A stretch of 64,000 bases of DNA, from contig CBDAOB010000004.1 in NCBI GenBank assembly GCA_965197905.1, positions 736,001 through 800,000 on the forward strand, in the 5' to 3' direction. Both the position numbers and the translations under genes were made by a program. The notes under the pieces are model-generated. The model was not told the DNA's origin. It saw only the letters and a list, made by a program, of their open reading frames with translations, and made no database searches. Of this stretch, positions 38,084 through 47,681 are shown piece after piece; within the stretch, counting starts at the first letter, position 1, and every line of letters starts with the position of its first letter. Source of the DNA: Candidatus Latescibacterota bacterium (GTDB lineage Bacteria > Latescibacterota > UBA2968 > UBA8231).

Positions 38084-38838
38084 CAGCGCATTACCCGGCC
38101 ACCCAGGATATCAAAGGTCGCACCGGTGGCGTAACTGTTTTCATCACCGCACAGCCAGACCACCATCTTCGCCACCTCCATCGGGTCGGAGGTCCGCCCC
38201 AAGGGGATCTGCTTGTTGATCTCTGCCACCACTTCGGGTGGCGTGCCTTCTTCGCGCATCCGCGTGCGCATGCCCCCCGGACAGACCGCGTTGACCAGAA
38301 TCCCCTTCGGACCTGCGTGCTGGGCAAACATCTTGGTGAACACCGACACCGCTCCCTTGCTGGCTTCGTACGGCGCGGAGGTCATGTTGTGCCCGCCAGT
38401 GTAAACCCCGCTACTGGTCATGTTGACGACGCGACCCCAGGAGCGTTTCTCCATATCCCGGATAGCCGCGCGCATGAGAAAAAAGGGCGCGCGTGCGTTG
38501 GTGTGAAAGATCTCATCGAACGAGTCGGCGGTCACGTCATCCAGCTCTCGGCGCGCAAGAATCGCCGCTGAGTTTACCAGGATATCAACCCGCCCCAAAC
38601 GTTCGACGGTTTCTCCAACCACTCGCCCGCATTCTTCAACCTGGCTCAGATCGGCGACCAGCTGCTCGACAGCACCGTCGCTCTTGCCGAGCTCGCCGAC
38701 GATCGCGGCCAGGTCATCTTCTCGATTATCCACCAAGGCCAGGTCGTGGCCGCTGGAGGCCAATAGCCTGGCCACAGCCGCGCCGAGGCCGCCGGCCGCG
38801 CCGGTGACAATCGCCACTCGTCTTTGGTGTTGAGCCAT
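38083..38838 (-). CDS. SDR-family oxidoreductase
   Basis: TGAAGGLG, LVNSAA, YEASK, NAVCPG. Confidence 0.94.
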   Translation of the reverse strand: MAQHQRRVAIVTGAAGGLGAAVARLLASSGHDLALVDNREDDLAAIVGELGKSDGAVEQLVADLSQVEECGRVVGETVERLGRVDILVNSAAILARRELDDVTADSFDEIFHTNARAPFFLMRAAIRDMEKRSWGRVVNMTSSGVYTGGHNMTSAPYEASKGAVSVFTKMFAQHAGPKGILVNAVCPGGMRTRMREEGTPPEVVAEINKQIPLGRTSDPMEVAKMVVWLCGDENSYATGATFDILGGRVMR

Positions 38839-38884
38839 GTCTGTTTGCCTTGAAGACCGCTTCGCCGTTCGGATTGCCGCCGAA

Positions 38885-40414
38885 TCACCCGTCCTTCTGA
38901 GTCTGGATCCAACCCCAGAACATATTGTCGCGCTGGTTGCCTTCAGCCAGATAAGCTGTCTTCAAACGAGAAAGCTCGTCACCCTGGTAGTTTGCGACCG
39001 GACAACCTTCGGCGTCCAACTCGATGCCGTACTGACCGGCAGCGTTGATACCGAATATCGCGCGTTTGACCGGACCGTCGGGCGGGCCCAGCGGCTCGAG
39101 GTCGTGTTTCTCCTGCACGGCTTCCGGGACCTCGATGCGACGGAAAGCCTCGATCTGCCACTGCGGCGAGCCGAACCAGATCGAGTCGGTCCCCCAGAGC
39201 ACGTGATCGGCGCCCAAACCTTTGATCAGGCGGGCCACCATAACCGCGGCCAGTCTGGGATAGGTGATCGCCAATGCGCCGAAGGAGAGTCCAATGTCAG
39301 CGTAGACATTCGAGACGCCAAACTGTTCGGGGATCGCGGCCAACTCGTCGATCCACTCCAAACGGCCGGTCTGCTCGAAGGCAGCGCTCACCTTCTCCCC
39401 ATCACGCCACATCTTCAAACCGGCGTGGTAGATGTGGAAGTTGAGGTCGGGCCAATCGTGAGCCGCCTTGCCGACATCCTCAACACTGGCGTAGCGCCAG
39501 TTGGGGATCTTCTCGTAATCAACCGGCAACACGCCTTTGTGAATACAGACATTCCGCACGCCGAATCTGCGCGCCTTCTCATAGGTCGGGTAGGCCACCT
39601 CCTCGTCATCCATGCGCCACGACCCTTCGAACGAGGGGTCGGCTCCCAGAACGTCACCGGTAGTATACCCTTTCCACGAATCTACCTTCAGTTCCGTGGC
39701 GGCGTGGTCCATCGATTCCAGGTATTCCGGGAAGGGAGGCCAGATGGCACCGTGCGCAAACATCCGCTGCGTGCCGGATAGTCGGTTGACCAGGTTGCGC
39801 GTGGCGACCATCTGATCGTCCGACAACAGAATCTTGTAGGGATCTACTGACGGCGAGGTGCTCAAGAGGGCGATGGTGGTGTCGCTATCGAAGAACATGT
39901 CTTTCAGGTAGTAGTCGAACTTGTAGTACTTCAGGTCGAGCTCCTGCTTGACGAGCTCGGGGTTCCAGGGGGTGTCTCCGTAGACATCGCCGCGGGCGGC
40001 GGCACGCAACCACAGGTGTCCTTCCCAGCTGTAGTCATCGCGAACGTGGTGGGTGTGCACGTCGAAGATGAACTGGCCCTTGGTTTCCTCGTGCCGTTCG
40101 ACGGCCGCTTCCCGATCTTCGGCCTCGACCACATCGACGTCGTAGACCTCGCCGAAAACCTGGTTCATGGCCAGAAAAGCGACGGCCATGCCGCTGGGCG
40201 AACGCAGGTAGGGGTGACGGTCGATACACTGACGATGGGCGAACCGCTCCGCCTTCTCATGGATCAGCGACTCAACCTGGGCTTGCTGCCGTGTCTGCTT
40301 CGGCGGCAGACACTCGCCGCTCGAGACCACCTGGGTGGGAACCGGACATTCCACCTTCTTCTCGAACCCCCGTTGCAGGTGCCGAAGCTGCTCATCACTC
40401 AGCCACATGGACAT
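38885..40414 (-). CDS. Amidohydrolase-family protein (Amidohydro_2)
   Basis: FDVHTH, WKGYT, CIHKG, IYHAG, LWGTDSIW. Confidence 0.88.
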   Translation of the reverse strand: MSMWLSDEQLRHLQRGFEKKVECPVPTQVVSSGECLPPKQTRQQAQVESLIHEKAERFAHRQCIDRHPYLRSPSGMAVAFLAMNQVFGEVYDVDVVEAEDREAAVERHEETKGQFIFDVHTHHVRDDYSWEGHLWLRAAARGDVYGDTPWNPELVKQELDLKYYKFDYYLKDMFFDSDTTIALLSTSPSVDPYKILLSDDQMVATRNLVNRLSGTQRMFAHGAIWPPFPEYLESMDHAATELKVDSWKGYTTGDVLGADPSFEGSWRMDDEEVAYPTYEKARRFGVRNVCIHKGVLPVDYEKIPNWRYASVEDVGKAAHDWPDLNFHIYHAGLKMWRDGEKVSAAFEQTGRLEWIDELAAIPEQFGVSNVYADIGLSFGALAITYPRLAAVMVARLIKGLGADHVLWGTDSIWFGSPQWQIEAFRRIEVPEAVQEKHDLEPLGPPDGPVKRAIFGINAAGQYGIELDAEGCPVANYQGDELSRLKTAYLAEGNQRDNMFWGWIQTQKDG

Positions 40415-40438
40415 GGTAGATCTCTCATCCAGTTCAGT

Positions 40439-40783
40439 TTAACAGACCGGGCAGCGAACGGCGTCACTTCCATCTGGTTTCGGATGCGCCTCGTTGTCGA
40501 GCTTTCCTTCGGGGCCACCCAGCTCATGCCACATCTCGCATTGCCGCTCGTGCGCCGCGTCCTTTGACTCGACATACTCGAAACAGAAGACGCGATAGTC
40601 GGAGTCGAGCCATCGTCTCAAACTCTGCGCCAGGTCCTCGTCGCCGGTGCGGCCGACAAACCCCCGGTAATAGGCATACTCTGGTACCTCTTCGATTCGG
40701 CGCAAGAGAAAAACGGCGGCGTCCGCGCGTTTGACGACGGCGTCGATTACCGGGTCCGCCAGCTGAAACGGTCCTTCCATCAT
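40439..40783 (-). CDS. Small hypothetical protein, degenerate GIY-YIG-like fold with C-terminal CxxC
   Basis: AVFLL..FVGRTGDEDLAQSL..F.FEY..AHERQCEMWH..LDNEAHP..CPVC. Confidence 0.55.
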   Translation of the reverse strand: MMEGPFQLADPVIDAVVKRADAAVFLLRRIEEVPEYAYYRGFVGRTGDEDLAQSLRRWLDSDYRVFCFEYVESKDAAHERQCEMWHELGGPEGKLDNEAHPKPDGSDAVRCPVC

Positions 40784-40932
40784 GACAATATGTCACATGT
40801 CACATATACTGACAAAACGAGTCATCGAGACGTACAAGAGAGGTTTTGAGAGAATGATGATGCTTTCTATCCTCTGTTGTGGCGGACGAATATCAGGAAG
40901 AAGCGGACTAGACCTGTTCGCAGAAAGGGAAA

Positions 40933-42513
40933 GTGATGACAACCTCACCCTTCACCGAACCGCAAAAGCGGTCCCGTCGAATTCGGCGCAACTGCGGTTC
41001 ATGGAATCCGCTCGTGGACCTCCACGAGATCTATGCCGGGCATCGGAGTACAGATCGGCAGGAGGTGTTCGACCTTTTTGATGCCCCCGTTGGTGTTGCA
41101 CTCCGGGTCGAGCCGGCCGCTCGTTCAGAGCCGCTGCTGGAATCCGAGATGCCATGGGAGGCAGTCGACTCAGTCAACCCGCTATTCATCTGGAAGACGG
41201 ACGCTGGCTTCCACATGCTCTACAAGTCCGAGAGCGGAACCTGTTACGCCACCAGCGACGATGCCTATCATTGGCGGCGACCGGAACTGGGGGAGGTGGC
41301 CTTCGACGGCTCCACGGCCAACAACATTCTCAAGGAGGGCATCGTTGGCTCTAGCGGTGTCTTTGTCGATCCCCACGCGCCGTCCGCGGAGCGCTTCAAA
41401 GCGATGGGTGGGGACATGGCCTGGTATGACCCGGCAACCTGCGAAATGCTAGATGGGAATGAAGCGCGGAAGCGCAACAACGCCCAGGAGTACGAAGGGG
41501 ACCGCTACGACGGCCCACGGGCGGAAGCCTGGGGACGCATGCTCGGCTGGACGTCGCCGAACGGATTGAGCTGGACGCAGCTGCCGGAGCCACTTGGAAA
41601 TCGTCCGGTCAACGGCGGAATCTCCGCGCGCTACGACGAGGCCACAGAACGGTACATCTGCTACCAGCAGATCATGGGGTATCCCGCCGAAGTGTTGAAC
41701 GGCATCGGGACCGCGAGCATCGAGGAAGAAGCCCAGCGCCGATTGATTGCATTTTCGTACACGAAAGACTTTCGCAGCTGGCCGGCCCCAAAATTGATAC
41801 TCGCACCAGACGCCCAGGACGATATGGACATCGATTTCTACGGCGGCAACTACTTCCCCTATCCAGGACGCACCGACCTCCACGCCATGATCCTTCCGGT
41901 CTTTCACAGGGGAGCTGGCCACGTCGATAACCAGATCGCCTTCAGTCGCGACGGGTTGTTCTGGACGCGTCCAGAGCGTCGCGCCATTCATACGTTGGGA
42001 GCCCGTGGCAGCGGCGAAGACTGCCAGATGCATCCCTGGCGCAATGGTCTCGTGGAATTGCCGGACGGGAACTGGGCCGTTCCCTACGGGGCGCTCTCGC
42101 AGCTGCACAACGCGCGAGAGAAATTCCCAGGCTACCTCTTCCCCGATCATCGAAAGTCACAAATCCGATATGCCCTCTGGCGTCCACACCGCTTTTGCGG
42201 GATCGAAGCCGATCGGGAGGGACGGCTCACGATACCGACCATCTACAGACAGGGGGACCGGCTGCAGTTGAACTATCGTTGCGCAACGGGTGGCTGGATC
42301 GCCGTCGAGCTCTTGCCCAAGACGCCCAACAGAATGCAACCCGATCCCGAGCCGGCCGCCGGATTCAGTTTCGCGGAATGCGATCGCTTGATGGGTGACG
42401 AGTCCGATCGCGCAGTGACCTGGAACGGAAACAGCGATATCTCGTCGATCGGTGAATCAGTTTCTATTCGCGTGAAGATGTTCCAGGCAAAACTTTTTGC
42501 TTACAACGTGTAA
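40933..42513 (+). CDS. Beta-propeller glycoside-hydrolase-like protein (paralogue of 47682..49268)
   Basis: CYATSDDAYHWRRPELG, TSPNGLSW, QIAFSRDGLFW. Confidence 0.65.
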   Translation: MMTTSPFTEPQKRSRRIRRNCGSWNPLVDLHEIYAGHRSTDRQEVFDLFDAPVGVALRVEPAARSEPLLESEMPWEAVDSVNPLFIWKTDAGFHMLYKSESGTCYATSDDAYHWRRPELGEVAFDGSTANNILKEGIVGSSGVFVDPHAPSAERFKAMGGDMAWYDPATCEMLDGNEARKRNNAQEYEGDRYDGPRAEAWGRMLGWTSPNGLSWTQLPEPLGNRPVNGGISARYDEATERYICYQQIMGYPAEVLNGIGTASIEEEAQRRLIAFSYTKDFRSWPAPKLILAPDAQDDMDIDFYGGNYFPYPGRTDLHAMILPVFHRGAGHVDNQIAFSRDGLFWTRPERRAIHTLGARGSGEDCQMHPWRNGLVELPDGNWAVPYGALSQLHNAREKFPGYLFPDHRKSQIRYALWRPHRFCGIEADREGRLTIPTIYRQGDRLQLNYRCATGGWIAVELLPKTPNRMQPDPEPAAGFSFAECDRLMGDESDRAVTWNGNSDISSIGESVSIRVKMFQAKLFAYNV

Positions 42514-42611
42514 CGGCCTGCGGCGGCGGTGTGAAGATCATCGCGGAGTTTGACCGACCTAACCATTAATACTGCCCAGGCCAGGCCAACGCAGTGCGGC
42601 CAGCTTTTCTG

Positions 42612-43550
42612 TCAGCTTTTCTCTTCCTCCACTTGGCGGATGATCTTCCTCAGGTTGCCATAGTTGATACGCATCGCGTCCACCCCCGACCCTCCCGGTG
42701 GTTTGAAGTGCGTCGCCACCGACAGGACCACATCGCATCGGTGCTGGCGCACATTGCGCACGATAGCTGGGTAGTCCACATCTCCTTCCCCGATCGGACA
42801 GTACTCGAAATCGAGGCGCAGCCCGTCGACGACCCGCAGGTCCTTGAGATGCATCCCGTAGAGATAGGGCCGAACATTATTGAAACCTCTGGTCGCCACT
42901 TCGGGCTCACCGCAATTCACGCCGTCCGCCGGCCCCCACATCGCCTTGAGCCGCCGCGACTTCAAACGCTCGGCCAGAGCGCGAAAGTTATTACTCGTAT
43001 TGGTATAGTGCCAGGGTAGCGTCGACAGCACTAGATCCACGTCGTGGCGCTCCGCCTCCTCCAGCACCCTGGTGAAAATCGCGACCAGCTTTTCCATGTC
43101 ACTCTCGGCGATGATTCCACCCTGGGTCAGCCAGCGCATCGGCCAGGTGGCTTTGCCTCCCCCATGGTATTCGCCCGGCCAGGCGAACGCATTCGCATTG
43201 ATCCCGCGCACGTTCAGCCGTTTGGCTACTTGCATCGAACGTTTGATGGCCCCGAAGTCGGCACGAAACCCCTCGTGCTCGTCCAGCGCATCCAGCTTCA
43301 ACTGCGTCAGGTGGATGTGCTTGAAGGGCGACGCCGCCGCCAGAAGAAATATCTCCAACCCATGAGCCGCCACGCTTTCGCCCAGCTGGTCCACCTCCTC
43401 GTCGCTCATCTCGCCGATGGGCGGCCGGTCCTCGATGCGGTTGACCCAGAGGTATTGGGCACCGAGCTCCTTGGCCGTGGCCAGCGATTCTTCGAAAGGC
43501 AGCTGCAATTCGGGTAGGGAAATCCCGAGTTTGAAACGGTACTCGCTCAT
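42612..43550 (-). CDS. Sugar phosphate isomerase/epimerase (xylose-isomerase-like TIM barrel)
   Basis: FEESLATAKELGAQY, AERHDVDLVL, MHLKD, IGEGDVDY. Confidence 0.8.
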   Translation of the reverse strand: MSEYRFKLGISLPELQLPFEESLATAKELGAQYLWVNRIEDRPPIGEMSDEEVDQLGESVAAHGLEIFLLAAASPFKHIHLTQLKLDALDEHEGFRADFGAIKRSMQVAKRLNVRGINANAFAWPGEYHGGGKATWPMRWLTQGGIIAESDMEKLVAIFTRVLEEAERHDVDLVLSTLPWHYTNTSNNFRALAERLKSRRLKAMWGPADGVNCGEPEVATRGFNNVRPYLYGMHLKDLRVVDGLRLDFEYCPIGEGDVDYPAIVRNVRQHRCDVVLSVATHFKPPGGSGVDAMRINYGNLRKIIRQVEEEKS

Positions 43551-43555
43551 TTTAT

Positions 43556-44332
43556 CTAACCCTCTTCTGCCACAACCGGATTGCGCAGAGTGCCGACGCC
43601 CTCAATCTCGACCTCGACCACATCCCCCGGCACAATCGAACCCACCCCCGACGGGGTCCCGGTCATGATCACGTCCCCGGGCAACAGCGTGATCGCCGCG
43701 CTTGTATAGGAAATCAGCTGCGCCACCGAGAAGATCATATCCGCCGTATTTGTGTGCTGCTTCTCTTCCCCATTGACCCGCGTCCTCAGCTCCAAACGGG
43801 TCGGATCCAGCCCGGTTGCAATACAAGGTCCGAGGGGACTAAAGGTATCAAACCCCTTACCCACCAGCAGACAGCCGCGGCTCATCTCCTGCCGTTGAAT
43901 CACGCGCTCGCTCACATCGATGCCGCAGGAATACCCCAGGACATAATCCAACGCATGCGCTTGCGACACCCGCCGCGCTTTTTTGCCGATTACCACTGCC
44001 AGCTCGCCTTCATACGCTACCTCCTCGCCCTGCAGTGGGTACACGATCTCGTCCTCATGGCCGATAACCGCCGTCGAAGGCAGCATGAAGAGCATGGGAT
44101 CAGTCGGCGGCTCCTTTCCGCCCTCGGCCGCGTGTGCGGCGTAGTTGAGCCCGACCCCGATGATGCGCGGCATGGCAACCGGCGCCAAAACCTGCACCTG
44201 GTCCAACTGCGCCACCGCTTCGCCGGCATCCAGACTATCAAAGGGCGATCCTGCAAGGGCCCGGATCGTCCCATCTTCCTCTGCTATACCGCAGCGTACT
44301 TCACCTTCTGCACTATAGCGTACAATCTTCAT
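43556..44332 (-). CDS. Fumarylacetoacetate hydrolase family protein
   Basis: GVGLNYAAHAAE, YEGELAVVIGK, GKGFDTFSPLGP, LLPGDVIMTGTPSGVG. Confidence 0.94.
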   Translation of the reverse strand: MKIVRYSAEGEVRCGIAEEDGTIRALAGSPFDSLDAGEAVAQLDQVQVLAPVAMPRIIGVGLNYAAHAAEGGKEPPTDPMLFMLPSTAVIGHEDEIVYPLQGEEVAYEGELAVVIGKKARRVSQAHALDYVLGYSCGIDVSERVIQRQEMSRGCLLVGKGFDTFSPLGPCIATGLDPTRLELRTRVNGEEKQHTNTADMIFSVAQLISYTSAAITLLPGDVIMTGTPSGVGSIVPGDVVEVEIEGVGTLRNPVVAEEG

Positions 44333-45267
44333 GTCCGTGCCTCCTTATCACTTAGTTCATCGAGAAAAGACTGATAGAACCCGGCGATGCCTGCCTGCTC
44401 AGCATCCCCGTCGTGCACCACGACCCGCAGTGCCTGATCCATCTCCGCCCCTATCTTGATCTTTCTCCCGCTCCATCGCAGCGGATTGACGGAGATATAT
44501 CCCCAATCGGAAACCGACCATTCGTTGTCTGCGTTGGCTGGATGCGGAAACAAAGCCACGCCGGCCGATTTTCCATCCGCGACCTCCCCCGAACAATCGA
44601 CCCAGTTCGTATCCTGCCCTCTGATCTCCTCGCTTCCGCTACGCCCGTCCGCATCCACCAACGTTGCTCCGTTCGTCACCCGCAACTCTTCGGCCATGCG
44701 CACCCCGTAATAGGCATGGCGCGTGGGCCCGACATCGATCTCCCATTCAGGCGCCTGCAATCGCGAACGCAGATCGATCATATTCGCCACATCTCCGGGA
44801 TAGATATCAATGGTCCTCCTCTCCACCGCAATAATGCGCCCCTCGGACGATCCCCACTCGCGCGGCCCCTGCCAGTTGAGGGTCTGTACAACCCGCAAGT
44901 GATCCTCACCCACCTCCTCACAGTCCCGTGCGATGGCTACTACGCGCCCGGGCGCGCGACCCTGAAAGACCTCGTTAACATAGAAATTGTAGTTGGCTTC
45001 CTCGCGTTTGTCCTCTGCGTAGGGCAGCCAGCAGCTCACATGATCGGCCCCGATCCACAGCGAGTTGTGATGCGGATGATCCACCGGACTCTCGCTGGTC
45101 ACTGCAAATCCAGCCGGCGTGTACAGCGGGAATATATAGGCGCGATGCTCACCCTGACTCAACGAAAGAATGTGCTTCCCCCGCCAGCGCACATGAACGC
45201 GATGCGACTTGGCCCATGCTCCCCTCGGAAGCGCGATAGCCTCGTCCTCGACCGCAAAGAACCTCAT
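44329..45267 (-). CDS. DUF6807/'PmoA-family' beta-sandwich protein
   Basis: YIFPLYTPAG..VT..PVDHPHHNSLW, YGVRMA, WVDCSG, FPHPAN. Confidence 0.72.
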   Translation of the reverse strand: MRFFAVEDEAIALPRGAWAKSHRVHVRWRGKHILSLSQGEHRAYIFPLYTPAGFAVTSESPVDHPHHNSLWIGADHVSCWLPYAEDKREEANYNFYVNEVFQGRAPGRVVAIARDCEEVGEDHLRVVQTLNWQGPREWGSSEGRIIAVERRTIDIYPGDVANMIDLRSRLQAPEWEIDVGPTRHAYYGVRMAEELRVTNGATLVDADGRSGSEEIRGQDTNWVDCSGEVADGKSAGVALFPHPANADNEWSVSDWGYISVNPLRWSGRKIKIGAEMDQALRVVVHDGDAEQAGIAGFYQSFLDELSDKEART

Positions 45268-46091
45268 GCGTTCTCCGGCTCACTGACGCCGGGCTGATCG
45301 AGATAGCCGATTTCGTTGAGGCGGTCGATCCAGCGTTGGCGCACCGGGCTCTTATGCGGGTTATCGAGCCAGTTGCGCGAGTAGTTGTATTGGCGGCGAG
45401 GTTGGTGATGCGTGATCGAGTTGACCTGGCTCAGGCCAAGGGAGCACATCTTTTCTATGTCCTCGGGTGATTCGGGATTGCGGAAGTAGTCCAGGTTCCA
45501 GGAGCGGCGATTGTTGCTGCCGCCATCGGAAGCATGCCAAGTGCGTATATCGTAGGCAATGACGTCACCCGGTTCGGTGGCGACGGCCTGGCACGGCACC
45601 TCTTGCAAAGGTGTCTCACTAACGGCATCGAAGAAGGCCTGGCGCTGATGCGCGCGCAGAAGGTGCGAGCAGGGAATGAGACGAAGGGCGCCGGTGTTGG
45701 CGTTGAGGGGGTCGAGGTAGAAGATGAACTTGAGGGCAATCATGGTTTCGTCCGGGGTGTACGGGTGCCAGTTGGTAGTACCGATGTAACTGTTGACGTC
45801 AACGCCGATGCCGAGCACGTCTTCGCCGCAGATCTGCTGCGCCGGGGACAGAAAGCGGGGGTCTTCCATCAGCGAGGCGCCGTAGGGGGTGCCCTCGTCA
45901 GTCAGGCGGGTCCACAGGCGCTCGGAGCCATCCTGACGTTCCGGCGGGTATTGGGCGGCAAGGCCATTCCGGAGTTCGCGGGCGAGGTGGTCGAGGTCGT
46001 CGGCGCCTAACAACTGACGCAGGACGAGGTAGCCGAAGGCGTTGAAGAAGCGCAGTTGCTCTTGCGTGAGGGCGGTTTCTTCGTCGATCAT
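45264..46091 (-). CDS. PhyH-family dioxygenase (HxD motif reads HPY)
   Basis: FFNAFGYLVLRQLL, WHPY, YLDPL..GALRLIPCSH, EPGDVIAYDIRTWHAS..RR. Confidence 0.82.
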   Translation of the reverse strand: MIDEETALTQEQLRFFNAFGYLVLRQLLGADDLDHLARELRNGLAAQYPPERQDGSERLWTRLTDEGTPYGASLMEDPRFLSPAQQICGEDVLGIGVDVNSYIGTTNWHPYTPDETMIALKFIFYLDPLNANTGALRLIPCSHLLRAHQRQAFFDAVSETPLQEVPCQAVATEPGDVIAYDIRTWHASDGGSNNRRSWNLDYFRNPESPEDIEKMCSLGLSQVNSITHHQPRRQYNYSRNWLDNPHKSPVRQRWIDRLNEIGYLDQPGVSEPENA

Positions 46092-46239
46092 GGGTGGCGC
46101 TCCGTTACGTGTCCCCATAATACCAGTTGTGCTCGCACCGGCAGATCCGCTCGCCGATCGCCTTGTTCCGTCGCCACACAAAACGCTTGAAGCTTTGCAT
46201 CCTCAGGCTGCCGCGCAACCACCTCCACCGACGGAGAGC

Positions 46240-47580
46240 TCAGTCCAAGCGGAAGAAGCTGCCCGCAATGTGGCGCACGATCTGGACCTCTTCGATCGGT
46301 TCGTCCTGGTCCTTGGCGCAGAACCAGTAGGCTGCGAAGATGCGACCGTCCGGCAGCTCGGTAGGCATCTGGTAACCCAGGTCATAGCTGTAGCCATCGC
46401 CGCGCACGACGAACTCCTCGCTCCAGGTCTCGCCCAGATCCTCGCTGACCACGCCAAGGATCCCGCGGTTACCCAGGCTGGGGCTACGGCGTGCAAAGAG
46501 AATGAGGATGCGTCCGTCCCGCAGCACCAAGGCGGAAGGGCAGCGCCATTTGTTGAATCGGGTCATATCGTTCAACGGTTGCTCCGGAGGGGGATCAGCC
46601 ATGTTACCAAAACGGTTCCCCGGGCTGCTGACAAAACGGAGTGGGGACCAGGTCATGCCGTCGTCTTCCGAAAATGCGACGCAGATCATTTCAGAAGGAG
46701 TTTTGTACATGCAGGCCATCAGGCGTCCGTCGGGCAATCGACGCAATCCGGGGTAGGCATAGCCGACAGGTTGTGTGGCCGAACTCTTGAGGTTTGGGTC
46801 GACGCGAGCCACATCACTGCAGTACTCCCAAGAGATCCCGTTGTCGTAACTCACGTAATAGCAGATGACCTGACGCCAGCGCACCCCACCGATTATGCCG
46901 AGGACCCCATTGTCGAAGCGGACATGACCGAGGTTCATGCTGCTGAATCCGCCGCCGGGTGCCCAGGACGGGTTGTCAATCAGCGTTGGATGGCTCTCCC
47001 ACGTTCGACCGCGGTCCTTGCTGCGCAAGCTGAACGTCGGCAGGTGTATCGGTTTCCGGCCACCCAGATTGAAACTGGTTCCCTCCGTACCGACGCTGCC
47101 TATGGGCGGTTTGAGATGCATCCCGGGACAGAAGTGGATGATGGAATCGGGATCGCCCAGGTCGATCTCTTCGCGCTCTCCACGGTCCAGGGGTCGCAGC
47201 CAATCGAGCATCTCGTGGGTGGTGCGATCGTTCTTCCACAGCCATTGGCGCCGGTCGTCGGGCCAGGTCTCGCCGTTGTCGAAGGAGCGGCTGATGATGC
47301 AGCCCGAGTCGGCTCCCCAGCGTGGGTGCGGCGTCCACATGCTGCTGGGTCCCCCGCAGTGCCGCGCCCAGTTCGTGTTGGGGCCTTCCCGCATCACGCT
47401 GTAATCCATCGGCACCGCCAAGTAAGCGACGGCGATCTCGCCATCCCCGAAATTCCAGATGCCACCCCTGTTGGCGCAGTACAGGTACATGCGCTCGTCG
47501 CGGTGTACGGTCGTGTGGCGCAGGTCGCTGAGCTCGACTTTGCGTGCGCCGACGGTTCTTCTGGATGCTTGTTGAGTCAT
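46240..47580 (-). CDS. Sialidase-like BNR/Asp-box beta-propeller protein
   Basis: Five Asp boxes: SFDNGETW, SKDRGRTW, SYDNGISW, SEDDGMTW, SEDLGETW. Confidence 0.85.
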   Translation of the reverse strand: MTQQASRRTVGARKVELSDLRHTTVHRDERMYLYCANRGGIWNFGDGEIAVAYLAVPMDYSVMREGPNTNWARHCGGPSSMWTPHPRWGADSGCIISRSFDNGETWPDDRRQWLWKNDRTTHEMLDWLRPLDRGEREEIDLGDPDSIIHFCPGMHLKPPIGSVGTEGTSFNLGGRKPIHLPTFSLRSKDRGRTWESHPTLIDNPSWAPGGGFSSMNLGHVRFDNGVLGIIGGVRWRQVICYYVSYDNGISWEYCSDVARVDPNLKSSATQPVGYAYPGLRRLPDGRLMACMYKTPSEMICVAFSEDDGMTWSPLRFVSSPGNRFGNMADPPPEQPLNDMTRFNKWRCPSALVLRDGRILILFARRSPSLGNRGILGVVSEDLGETWSEEFVVRGDGYSYDLGYQMPTELPDGRIFAAYWFCAKDQDEPIEEVQIVRHIAGSFFRLD

Positions 47581-47681
47581 AGGGTTGCGCGCACTCTCCG
47601 GATCAGAAGAGATTGCCGAAGGACCGCAGGAACACGTGGCCCTCCGGCGAACTGCTCTTTGCCCCGGGCGGCGCCTGCATG

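Noticed and set aside
44329..45267. Methane monooxygenase
   Set aside because: The 'PmoA' family label here refers to a soluble DUF6807-type protein; it has no TM helices and there is no pmoB/pmoC
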